The notes under the pieces are model-generated. The model did not search any database and was not told the DNA's origin. It saw only the letters and a list, made by a program, of their open reading frames with translations. DNA of 64,000 nucleotides from Haplodiscus bocki (lineage: Eukaryota): assembly GCA_965655095.1 (NCBI GenBank), contig OZ296653.1, positions 9,858,001 to 9,922,000 on the forward strand, given 5' to 3'. Of this stretch, positions 52,987 through 64,000 are shown piece after piece. Every line of letters starts with the position of its first letter. The stretch's first letter is position 1. A program made the position numbers and the translations under genes.

Positions 52987-53239
52987 GAACACATCTATTC
53001 TTTATTTTCTCTTTTCTCTCCATACTTTTTTGTGAAATTTTCAAAAGAGACCTTTTCTAAATTAAATACATAGTCACCTAATGAAGATTTCTAGCATCGG
53101 AAAATACCAAAAATCTTTCTTTTTTTGAAGAGTTTTACTTAACATCAATTCGTTTTTGGTCCTTTCTAATATAAAATACGAAACATTTTGGTACTTAACT
53201 TAATTTAAACTCGGGGAGAAAAAGAAAAAAGTTCTCCAG

Positions 53240-53491
53240 GAACCTTTGAGGCGGGTTCTAATCTTGTCTACCTGGCAGTTGTCCTTTTATGGAAAGATAG
53301 AGTCAAGTCTTACTGCTTGTTTCTGGTTATTAGTGGAGCTACCAGAACATTTGCTCTCTTTTTCCATTCCTTCCCTGTGGTTGAGTTTATCCTTACTCGA
53401 ATTGGAACAATTACAGTTGCAGGAGCCTTTACTGGTCTTTATTTGACAACAATGGAACTGTTACCCGACTGTCATCGGAGCACGCTTTTAG
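53240..53491 (+). CDS. Nested SLC22-like transporter, exon 6
   Basis: CTCCAG|GA. IGTITVAGAFTGLYLTTMELLPDCHRSTLLG matches the ELFPT..R...G motif; donor G|GTTATA. Confidence 0.85.
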
Positions 53492-54038
53492 GTTATATAA
53501 TCGACAGGTCATATATTTGAATACGAAAAACCACCACACGGAAAATTAACTAAGAAGTGAAAGTTACTGGACCCAAAAGTTTAATATTTATGGATGTAAA
53601 TTTCCAATAATTTGAATCCTTAAGGGTTATAAAAATTTGACATCACTTTCCGCTTGACAATGTTTGCGAATCACAGCAAGAAAGAGATGGCTCAAGCCGG
53701 GAACGCCTAAAATCGGCGCCGTCCATAAGGCTCAAAATATACCTGGGGGCGCCATTTTTGGAAAAATTCAGCTTTTACGAAGAAAAATTGTACAAAAACG
53801 TTTTCTCTTGGTCTCGCATTGCCGAAAAATGCGCAAAGGGACTTTCTAGTACAAAAAATACTGCCTGAGAAAGGCATTAGTTTAAGATAATTTGGTTCAA
53901 GCGTTTTTGAAAACACAGAGGATCGAACGTTTCTCCTTGAAATTGAATCTGAACAATTTAAACAGTGGGGCTCTTTTCAAAAGTGCCGACTAAAAGTCGA
54001 AATTGCCCAACAGATTTGACCAGTCCCTTTTCGAACAG

Positions 54039-54238
54039 GAATAAGTTCGGGTGGAGGTCGGCTGGCGGGAGTGATTCTTCCTTATTTGGAGCCGTACGTC
54101 AACGAAATATTCGACAATCTCCTGTGGATGGTCTGTGGCTGCATAGCTGTTGGCGCTGCTCTCAGCTCTCTAATGATCAGGAATGTCTGCAGTAGGAAGA
54201 TAATCTTCCAAGATACGAGCGAACTACCAAAAAACTAA
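54039..54238 (+). CDS. Nested SLC22-like transporter, exon 7 (terminal)
   Basis: AACAG|GA. Encodes GISSGGGRLAGVILPYL...TM12...ELPKN with TAA at 54236-54238. The seven exons total 1749 nt = 582 aa plus stop. Confidence 0.8.
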
Positions 54239-54907
54239 CAAGACGCCCGGCTACCACCGGGTTATTTTCCACCTTCCAACTACTAGAAACAATGTATTTC
54301 CGAAAAGATACTTTTTTATATGCTGCCTTCCACAGCATTTAAAAAATTTTCCCGCAAATTTGAGTTTTTCATCGAAAAAACTCAAATTTTTGTCGGAAAA
54401 CGTTTAAAGGAAATTTTACCAATACGTACCAATACTGTACAACAAATTTCCCACCTTCTTCTGATTTTGAAAAAAAAATATTTTTCAAAAAAAAAGTTTT
54501 TTCAAAAAAGACTTATTTTCTTACGTATTTGAGAAACACGATTATTCAAGTCGCAAATTTCCTACTTCACAGTTGTAAAAAATTCAAAGTTAGACTTGTG
54601 CAATTGGCAGGTAAACGTAAAACACGCCCGATTTGTTTGAATTTCTTTGCGGTCTGAGGAACCAAACTTTTTCTGTTTCAAATATTTATTTCCTGTGCTT
54701 CAAAACTTGAAAAAATATTTATAGGGGCCGCCGCACTGTTTCTAAGTTTCAAAAACTGGCGACTTCAAGTGTCAGACGAACAATTGTCATATTTGCATGG
54801 AAAGTCCTCACAGAAAAAACCGCAAGTTTTTACCAACGACTTTCTACAATTTTTCGCGAGTAAACTGACGCATGTATTTACGAAATTAAACAAATAGGTT
54901 TTTTTTT

Positions 54908-55173
54908 AATGCTGATCAAAAATATGTGGACATTCGTGTGTGGTGGTCGGCAGTGGTGGATCTAATGTGAAGAAACTGGGTACCACGTTTGAGCAATGTG
55001 TCAACAAGAAGATGTATTACACCATGATCGACAAAGATAACGACCAGATTAAAAAGTTTGTCATGGAGAGAGCAGATAGAGAACTGCAACAGGAACTCAA
55101 CGCTAAGATGAGGGTGAACTGCTTCAAAAACAAAACATTCTCCACACAACAAACTCACGCTGATATCAACTGA
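54908..55173 (+). pseudogene. Unidentified coding-like fragment
   Basis: Open, exon-like codon composition (KKLGTTFEQCVNKKMYYTMIDKDNDQIKKFVMERADRELQQELNAK) with AATAAA at 55498. No clear start codon or acceptor. Confidence 0.35.
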
Positions 55174-57663
55174 AACTAGCGATGCTCCGGATATAGTCTG
55201 GCCGGATTTTTTTTTGTCTTGCGTCGGATCTTTTGGAAAGTGCGGCTGTGCTCAAATTGTGCTATAACGCAGCTGGATCTCAAATTAGATTTACATCGTG
55301 AAAACCAAAGTGAATGACAAGTTCTAAATCTTTCAAATTCAACTTTTCACTCGTTTTTGAAATCAAAGGATTCTGTTCTTCTTCGTAAATGTTTCCGAAC
55401 TCTGAAAACACTGTCTCTCAATATTCCGTTGTTGAATGCAAGCTCTTAATGTGTATTTGTTAAAAATGATTTTATTTTGATTTTATGTGGGCTCTGGAAT
55501 AAACTTAGTACAGCATCAATTTCAACCCGGTCCGATTCCGGAACAAAAATTAAGCGTTTCAATGTATACCTAATCAAAACCAAATGTCAGTTATTAATTC
55601 ATTAATAATCAGTGATGTCAATTAAAAATGACATTTTAGTACAGCATTTCTCAAAATAATTATTTACAACCAAAAAAAAATTTGCTTTGATTCAATAATT
55701 GCTCATAAAATCCGATAATTAGCAAATTCGGTTTTCAGAGCCCAAAAAATTTTCATTAGGAGGGCAAAGAATTTTTTAGCCAATCATTTTAGCGCTAGTT
55801 CAGCTAGCTGGATTTTCTCAGCTTTTCGTCAATTCTTTGTTTCTGAAATCTCAACTTTAAAAAATCATCATTTCTTTCGAGTCAAACTAAAGATTTTGGA
55901 AAATTGACATCACTGATGATGAGTGGTGATCAAGGATGTGGGTGAATTAAATGTATGCTCAATTAATGCGAGGAGATCGAATCTCATAAAAACAAAGCAT
56001 GATGAAATGTCGGTTGATTTATGTTTAGCGGGATCTTTTCTAAATGTGCAAAATTGAGATCTTAGTTATGAGAACAAAATCCGGATTTGGATATAATTCA
56101 CATCAAAATCGCAGTCAGACACAACATTAGCGAAAAGATCCATGTTTAAGTATATGAGCTTGATGATACTATTTTTTTCGCTTCTCTATGGATGCAAAGA
56201 ATTCAAAACTGCCGATTTTAAATTTTTAAAATCTATTATAAGATTACCTGAATAATTCTGAATGAATATTTACTATAATTTCTGCTGACAAGCTTGCTAT
56301 TTTCTTGAAGTTGAGTTACAGGAAGAGGCTAAATTGATTTGGTATCAAACCAAACCTGAGACGACATCGCAGAAGCGAACAAGCCCGCAAGGCTCCAAAT
56401 ATTTAAGGGGGCCCCGTACATCACATTGCCGGTAAATCATAATCTTGGGAGTGGCGAAGTCTCAATAAAATGGGACATTTCCTAGAAAACATTTTTGTAC
56501 TCGCCGAGTCTGGAATCCATATATTTGTCTCAAAAATCTTTCTGTCATACCCTGTAGACCGACCAACTTCTCAAATTCGTATCAAGTAATTCCCCAGTTT
56601 TCAAGACAAGCTGATTTGACATCATTTAGGATGACATGCACTCATAGGGATGTTGTTGATGGTTCTTTCAAAGAACATTTAAGCCATAAGGGTGCAATCA
56701 TTTTTAGGAAGAGCGCTAAGATTCACGAACCTCACTGAATGTGAAGACGTTACTTAACATTCTAAATGAAAGTTAGCTTCATCAAAGATCTCGAAATATA
56801 CACCTAAAAAAGTTAATCTTATAAACAAAATACACAAATCAATCCCATCAAAAACCACAGAGGCGAGCGAAGCAGAACTTCGCAACAAATTCTGACTTGT
56901 CAGTAGAGATAAAAATTAAAAATTACACATCAAAGGTCCTGAGAGACATTTGAAAACATGATCGGAGAAGTGATTGACACTCTCAGACTAACTACATTAG
57001 ATGTCAAATGAATGTTTGTCCCAAAAAGTCAAATTCAGATAAGTACTTGTCACAGTGCCTCATGCTCAAACATAAAATCTGTCAACCATTCCTTTTTAGA
57101 TTTTGCCATTTTGTTTACGATTTGAACAGTAAACAACGCGGAAATGAACAATAAACCACCAACAGTGCACCATATTCATGATATTGATAAGTAAAACATG
57201 ATTTTTTAGGAGGCTGTTGTTCATTTTTTCAGACCATATTTTTACAAAATTCCTGCTATTCACAACGCGAAAATAAACAACAACTTGCCACAAGTCCCAA
57301 AAATGTCATATTTGATCGTTTTCACTACACCGCTAGGCTCTCTCATGACATCACAAAATGCAAGTTTTGGACGGGATAAAAAATTAAGTGTAACCCGGTT
57401 TCTATACGCATTCTTCCTTTCGGGCAGAATGTGTAAAAACAAAAATTCAAAGACAACCCCAGTATTTTTACAATGCAAGTTGACGAACGATAATTGAAAT
57501 AAACTTGATACATGCGGAGAAGCTAACAACTTTTCAGACATTGCTGCCCATATTGAATGGAATAAAACTCAAACACAGAACGAAAAAGTTGATCGTCGAA
57601 TGTTTCGTGCGATTTATTTTCGTAGAAAACATAATTACTACATAAAAGTTTTTTTTATCCTAG

Positions 57664-57897
57664 ATCGGCCTTTTGGGAATCCAGCTGTTGTGGACGAGAG
57701 ATGCGACCGAGGCACTGGCTAACACCAAGTATGACCGGACTATCATGAAGAAGACAAACGACCGTTTCCTGGAGATGCTGAATACTCTCATTCACCAGAC
57801 GACCAAAGACTTGGAGTCTGTGTGGAAGTTCGAGAGACGAAAGTATGAGACACTCATCACCATCCACGTGCATCAGAGAGACATTTTCAATGAACTC
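57664..57897 (+). CDS. DNAH5: Dynein heavy chain exon e
   Basis: CCTAG|ATC GGC...CTC|[19 protein letters not shown]...[19 protein letters not shown] directly continues NYPAQ of exon d. Confidence 0.97.
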
Positions 57898-58385
57898 GTA
57901 AGTATTCTGAAGCACCAATCAGCTCGACTTCAAAAACGGGCACGTTTAAAAACACATATTTATTCTGGTAAAATGTTTATTCCAATATTTGCACTTTATT
58001 GATGGCAATTTTGAATTATTAGAACAATACTGACTGAAAATTACCAGAATGAACTTTTTCAAGTCATTCAAAAATTATTTTTCATTACATGCATCAAGAT
58101 AGTCTAAAATCGATTTGTGTTTTTGAACTTCGCTTCGATAATGCAACCGTAAAGCATGAGAATAATGAAAAGTCACGCATACAGAAATCTTATACATAAT
58201 ATTCACCAGTCGAAAATGTTATCCACTACTTCAGGAGTTCCATGGCGAATTTGATTCATATTGGCAAAAATTTTCAACATTCTAGTCCGTATCAAGTCAT
58301 GGGTTCGAGTCCCGATGGGTTTGTAAAAGAGGCATTATTGGAATGTAGTTAATCGTCCTTTAAAATGGCATTTTTGTTCGTTTAG

Positions 58386-58558
58386 GTGTACAAACGAATC
58401 CGTTCCCCGACAGACTTTGAGTGGCTGAAACAGTGTCGCTTCTACTTCGCAGAGGATATTGACAAGTTGGAGATTAGAATCACTGATGTCATGTTCCTCT
58501 ACCAGAACGAGTTTGTGGGATGCACAGAGCGACTTGTCATTACTCCTCTCACTGACAG
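58386..58558 (+). CDS. DNAH5: Dynein heavy chain exon f
   Basis: TTTAG|GTG...GAC AG|GTCAGT. Encodes [15 protein letters not shown]...[20 protein letters not shown]. Confidence 0.97.
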
Positions 58559-58901
58559 GTCAGTCAAAACGTCTGAGAAAAACTCAAGCACACCTTTTCG
58601 ACTTAAGAACAAAAAAAAACAGTTCAAAAATTATTCGCATCCTTAAAAATTCGCAAACCTTTTTTTAAAAAGCATTACGAATTTAAGCTCAGGAACCTCA
58701 ATTGCACGCTAGAAGACAAACACCGAGGAAAACGGAACACCGAAAAGGTCTTAGAGGATTCAGAATAAACTGAGAAAATTTTGAAATATCAAACATTTGT
58801 CGGAATTCTTTCACTAATCCAAGCTTTTGAGCACTTTTTTCGCCAAGATAATAATCGGCACATCATCAAGTTTCGCTTTTCAAAGACTTTTTCATCTTCA
58901 G

Positions 58902-59268
58902 ATGCTATATAACTCTTGCACAAGCCCTGGGCATGTCAATGGGCGGAGCACCTGCAGGTCCAGCTGGAACAGGAAAGACTGAGACCACCAAGGACATGGG
59001 AAGGTGTCTGGGCAAGTACGTGGTAGTGTTCAACTGTTCCGACCAGATGGATTTCAGAGGTCTAGGTCGTATCTACAAGGGTCTGGCTCAGTCTGGATCC
59101 TGGGGATGTTTCGACGAGTTCAACCGAATTGAGCTTCCAGTGTTGTCTGTGGCTGCTCAGCAGATTGCGATTGTGCTGAATTGTAAGAAGGAAAAGAAGA
59201 AACAGTTTATATTTTCTGATGGTGATACTGTCGATATGAACCCGGAGTTCGGAATTTTCTTGACCATG
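58902..59268 (+). CDS. DNAH5: Dynein heavy chain exon g (AAA1)
   Basis: TTCAG|A TGC...ATG|GTTGGT. Walker A GPAGTGKT and Walker [10 protein letters not shown]. Confidence 0.98.
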
Positions 59269-62200
59269 GTTGGTGATTTTGAAAACACCTGATTTTGGCG
59301 ACCCATTTCCAAGTTCCTAGTACTTCGACGTCTTCTAAAAGGCTCCGAGAGTTTTTGTGATATTTTTAAACATCCTAAAACTTCACCTGCATTTTTTTAC
59401 ACAGAGGCGACGCTGCGCTTCTCAGCACTTGCGCCAACGGAATAATAGCGAACAAATTGAACAAGTATAACTGATTTTTGAAGGTGTCACAACACCATGA
59501 AAACTGATGACTTCCCATCGTGCCGAACATTCAAAGCGCCAAAATCTCCAAACAATTCAAAGCACCGAAGAAAAATGCAGCTCCCCATGGCTAAATATTT
59601 ACGTTTAGGAGCTTTGAATCGTCTGATATATTTCAGCACTTCATGAATCGATAATATTTAGGCACGCTAAACCCGACAACTACTGATTAAACAGAAATTT
59701 AAAAAACTCAATTGATTCTCATAAACTTATATACAAGAGTAACGAGGAAAAACGGCTAAATCAATTAAATTATATTTGAAACAAGCGCGCACGCTGGAAA
59801 AAAGGCCGCCTGAGTAGTTTTTTCTTTCAGAAGCCCAGAAAAAATTTGGAAGATTTTTGCCCCAACTGGAACAACTTCGCAGCATTGGAAGATTTATGCC
59901 CCTTTTGAGAATTTTACCACAATTTTCGAATTTTGCCAATTGGCTTATTTATAGACTAAAAAAAACGCATATCCCCTAAACCCTAATTATAATCAATAAC
60001 AAGTTGACAGAGAATCTTGTGGCAGACAGCTCCATGTGTTGAAAATGGGTACCGTTAATTCGCAAGGGTTTCTTGTTCAAAATTGTCCAGTGAATTTAAC
60101 TAAGCAATTCAGCAAAGTTTTTGAACCTAGGAGTATTTACACTATTGTGGCGGTACAATGCTTCAATTTCCACTACACCTGTATTTGATTGAAAGCTTCA
60201 AAATTTTTTTATGAATCCATCAAATTCAGTATATAACAACTTCGCAACATTAAAAGGAAGGTCAGGAATGTTGCTAGTCATGCTCATATTCCGCTGACCG
60301 GATCGCCAGTTTTGTACCATCCATTATACACTTTTTTCATGCTTCACATTCTCTCCAGTTCTTCGTGTCGAGTTTTGCTCACTCTCAAGTTCGGCGGTTA
60401 TGAAATCCACCGCCTGATGGAAAAAGAATTCCTTCTTTTTATAACAATTGTCAGAATCGCAATAAACGGAAGTTTGAAAGTTCAAAAGAGAGCAAAGCAC
60501 AATTTAGAACCTTCTCCGAAGAATGTTTGCAAGCTGTATGGTGAAACCAAGACAAAAATTGATAATTTCAAATTTAAACGACATCTCAGCACTCACGGCT
60601 CAAAAGGCAATTCCTCCGAAAGCATCATTTCACCACAGCGTACAGACCAGTAACCAGGACAAAGAAAACGAAGTTCTACAACACCTGCCTTGTGTTAACA
60701 GACCACTAGTAAGTTTGATTACAAGGAAGAAAGCAGTAGACTGAATTTCGTCACAGTTATTTCAATGAAACCCAAGAGTAGCTTAATACGTCCGACATAT
60801 TTCATACAAGAGTTTCAACAAAATCACTGATAATTCCTAAGATTGAAATGGGGAAGTATCACAGATTACAACTTCAATTATCCTTGTGCGTACTGCTTTA
60901 CAAATCAAATACCGAAAGTGAAACCCGCTTCAATTCAAAAATGAACGCAGATTATTCAGAGGGCCCGACAACCAAATATTATAAAATGAAAAATCAAATT
61001 CTCAGGAGTTTCGGTTTTGCAAACATGGTTCTGGATGGAGAGTTAAAACAATAACGAAACTGGGTCTGAATTTCTGTTGAAAAATCCACCGAATCCGGAA
61101 CCTGATGCATGAAAAACACTGCAGAAGGTAGGTTTTCTATCTACTAAACTCACTTCAGCAAACTTTTAGTTTGCTTACAAACTTCAGCTTTTGGTGTGCT
61201 TCTTTTCAAATGTCAAACTATGTCCATCATTTTTTCTGTTCGCTCCTTTTTATTGATACTTCTTTTCCACAGCCTTCCAAGCATCTTTGCAGTAGAGACG
61301 TCGCTTCTCGTTTGCTTTCCGACGAACTCCTTTCTTTTTGTACCTCTATCGCAGACAATTTTTGCGATCATGAAGTTCGTGTTTTACGAATGAAGACTGA
61401 ATCAATGAAACATGATCAGGAAATGACCCAGATATCTCATCTCTGACGTCAACATATCGATTGCCTCAAATTTTGGCGAATGTGATTAACACATCGGGCT
61501 AATAGACATGTGGGTGCGTGCAAAGACCATCTTCATCTCTTCTTCCAATGCCCTGCTCATCTCGGCGACAATTATATCGAAGAACGCCCATGGTATCATC
61601 CAAACACTCGCTCTTCTTGAAAGTAATTTTCCTTGATTGTATATTATACAATTTAGGCATATTCTTTAACAACTTACCAAAGCATGCGAGCGTAAATGGG
61701 CTTCCAATTTATCCGAAGGAACAATTTCAGAGCGACACCAACAGTAGGCTTTATTTGAACTCGGATGAGCGAGATATGCTGAAAATTCCTCAACGGAAAT
61801 TTTTGAATGATACCATTCTTCACACTGGGTCGCCTTTTGAAATATCATCTTAGTTTGCTACTCTCAACTTCAAAGAGTTGATCAAGTGGCTGTAGACTGA
61901 CTTAAGCATTGTAAAACGGAAACTTTCATCCACCCAATAAGTTATCATACATGGCTGAGCTAGTGGATTAATGGAGTGAGAGTGGACAAGACCAAATTCT
62001 CTGGATTCTCTTCTACCTAATCAGGTACATGTACACACGACTGCAAACAAGAGTTTATAAGTAAATTTTATTTCGAATCGTGCTCGTCAATGTTCACCTG
62101 TGCTTTAACGCGATTTATCGTTTTGACGCTCCATCTAGAACCGTGTTGGCAAGAGTTTTCGAATATCCAGAGAACTTGATCTTTCATTGTTGTAGATCAT

Positions 62201-62502
62201 CTGGTTGTCGGGCCCTCTGATTAAATTGCGTGCACTTTCGAATTGAAGCAGGTCTCAATTTCCATTTCGGGTTCTAGTTTGTCAAGCAGTAGGTACTATA
62301 GCAGCAGAAACTTTCTTAAAACCTAAATTAAATTTTCCTTCATTAAATTTTCTTTCTTAAAACTTGAACTAAATTTCATTTCTATTTTCGTCTGATTTAT
62401 AAACAGCTCGCGCTGAGTCAAGTACCCTCGAGTGCTTTTGCTAAACAAAGCCCCTTTTCATAACAGTATTTTACAAACAACAAAATCCTCTTATCACTAC
62501 TC

Positions 62503-63310
62503 TGTAATTTACATACAACACTCTTTCTATTCTTTCTTCTTACATGCAATAATCTTCCTTTATAACAAGTGTACAATTTAATCACATACGTAACGTTTCA
62601 ACAACTTTAATACAACACATTTCTTATCATTGACATAAAATAACGTTTAATATTTTCCGTTATAATTCACTGCTAGTATTTTATTATAATATACACTCTC
62701 CATAAATACTTCGCACAACAATTACATAGCAGTGCTGTACTTTCTGTTTTGTTTTCGTAACCCGCTGACCCTTACCCCTCATCCAGGCCCGCATTTAAAT
62801 CAGTGCAAATTTCGAAGTCTCTCTCTTAATCCTGACCAAAAATAATATCCGCCTGAAAATTCCTACTCATTCGTCGACAACAACACAACGAAAGAAGGAC
62901 GACCCAGCAAACAGACGAACTCAGCCGCAACAGTTTCCAGCTCTTTCCCGAAGAAAAGAAGAAGCAAATCTCCTCTCTACAATTTGACAACCAGTCCTCC
63001 AGAATCTTCAACTTTCTCTATCCAGAAGTGCAATTGCCCCTCTTTGCCTCAACCAACAAAAGACATTATGTAAGCGTATAATTTATTTAAACTTTACTTC
63101 AAAAATATCTTCCTTTTTCTAATTAAAATTCTTTCCCAAAAAGCCAAAAACATTTTGTATTCACTTGAGATATCCCGCTAGCAACCACCAAACCAAAAAC
63201 ACCTAAATAGTAATTTTAGAAATTACTGAAGTACCATTTCCAATAACAGTCGTCCTCCGCATCCAAAACTAATTTCTAGCGAACTGTTTTAAAAGCATAC
63301 GACTGTTACA
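62503..63310 (+). mobile_element. 5' LTR of a second LTR retrotransposon (left boundary uncertain)
   Basis: Ends TGTTACA at 63310, three nt before a PBS. Candidate TGTAA starts at 62503 or 63069. Confidence 0.5.
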
Positions 63311-63313
63311 AAA

Positions 63314-63331
63314 TGGTGACAGGAGTGGGAT
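63314..63331 (+). promoter_or_regulatory. Primer-binding site, tRNA-Leu type
   Basis: TGGTGACAGGAGTGGGAT matches 17/18 of the complement of the metazoan tRNA-Leu(CAG) 3' end (TGGTGTCAGGAGTGGGAT), recalled from memory. Confidence 0.85.
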
Positions 63332-63474
63332 ACCTCAAGTGAAAGGTCGTTTAAAAACGATCCGCGTGCGATTTTCGAAAATTGTAAAAGTGATTTAGTT
63401 TTTCCCCTTTCTTAGCTTTGGCCCAAGACCTTCGCCCACTGTTTTTCTTGTCACTGAATTTCAGTGCCCGCCAG

Positions 63475-63554
63475 CTAAGATCCTCTTCACCGGACTGTGT
63501 CCGAGCCTAGTTTTCCTAAGATCCTCTTCACCGGACTTTGTCCGAGCCTAGTTT
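63475..63554. repeat. 41-bp tandem duplication in the LTR-element leader
   Basis: CTAAGATCCTCTTCACCGGACT.TGTCCGAGCCTAGTTT at 63475 and 63516. Confidence 0.95.
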
Positions 63555-63714
63555 CTCCAGCTTCGTGCTGTGTATTCCGCGTTATGCGAGTTCTGGCAAG
63601 ACCCGCTAAGATGGCCCTTAAGTTTTAAGGATCTCACGTGAGTACTAGCTAAAACTTCAATTTTTCTTGAAATTTTTTTTGTACATTTTTGCTTTTATTA
63701 TCCCTTTTCCTTTA

Positions 63715-63984
63715 ATGTCCGTTCAGTTTTGTGCGCATACATCACCCCATGCCCGAGTTTTTTCTGTGAGTCCACCTTCACCCCCACCAGCGTACCGACC
63801 CCTGCAAAACCGTTTCCCGATCATCAGTACAACCTGCCTTTTCAACATTTTTCTCGCACTGACTGTCATTACGCTACTCCTACTGATAGCCGCCATAACC
63901 GGATTAGCTTTCGAAGTTCACGAAACCAGAAAACAGTGTTTCCGCGCAGTAAACGCTAAATTTTCAACAAAAGACACCTTTTGA
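63715..63984 (+). CDS. 89-aa leader ORF of the LTR element: proline-rich PPxY segment plus a single transmembrane helix
   Basis: ATG at 63715. Contains SPPSPPPAY, a hydrophobic run LFNIFLALTVITLLLLIAAITGLAF, and a basic tail. Confidence 0.55.
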   Translation: MSVQFCAHTSPHARVFSVSPPSPPPAYRPLQNRFPIISTTCLFNIFLALTVITLLLLIAAITGLAFEVHETRKQCFRAVNAKFSTKDTF

Positions 63985-64000
63985 GTAGAATTTGTAATTC

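Noticed and set aside
50222-54038. U12-type introns as the explanation for the odd donors
   Set aside because: No RTATCCTT donor or TCCTTAAC branch consensus.
58283-58325. tRNA-like GGGTTCGAGTCCC B-box
   Set aside because: No acceptor stem, D-arm or anticodon arm; at most a SINE or tRNA fragment.
60300-62300. Cluster of short ORFs as a gene or decayed LINE
   Set aside because: No recognisable motif or consistent frame; the expected next dynein exon (NPGYAGRQELPENLK) was not found here.

Overview
AT-rich, repeat-dense animal genomic DNA (spliceosomal introns, no prokaryotic features). The window appears to lie wholly inside one + strand axonemal outer-arm dynein heavy chain gene of the DNAH5/DNAH8 type. 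Seven of its exons (18507-59268) splice in phase into 554 codons covering the linker and the AAA1 Walker A/B motifs. One intron is 33,370 bp (24294-57663). It holds (i) a ~19.7-kb tandem array of 13 units in two sizes (~1.24 and ~1.86 kb), each with a ~220-bp palindrome and partly arranged as a ~6.2-kb higher-order repeat; (ii) an 800-bp fold-back MITE; and (iii) a complete 7-exon, 582-aa SLC22-like MFS transporter gene nested on the SAME strand as the host, with weak splice sites including one probable GC and one GA donor. Elsewhere: a minus-strand Gypsy-like gag/leader/LTR whose LTR seems shared with a second copy carrying an unknown ORF; a decayed hAT element with TIRs and TSD; tRNA-Gly(GCC); a non-autonomous Helitron; two more fold-back MITEs; a CACTA-like non-autonomous element; and, at the right edge, the start of an LTR element with a tRNA-Leu PBS and a small PPxY + transmembrane ORF in its leader. 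All calls were made by eye, protein comparisons are from memory, and no searches were run.
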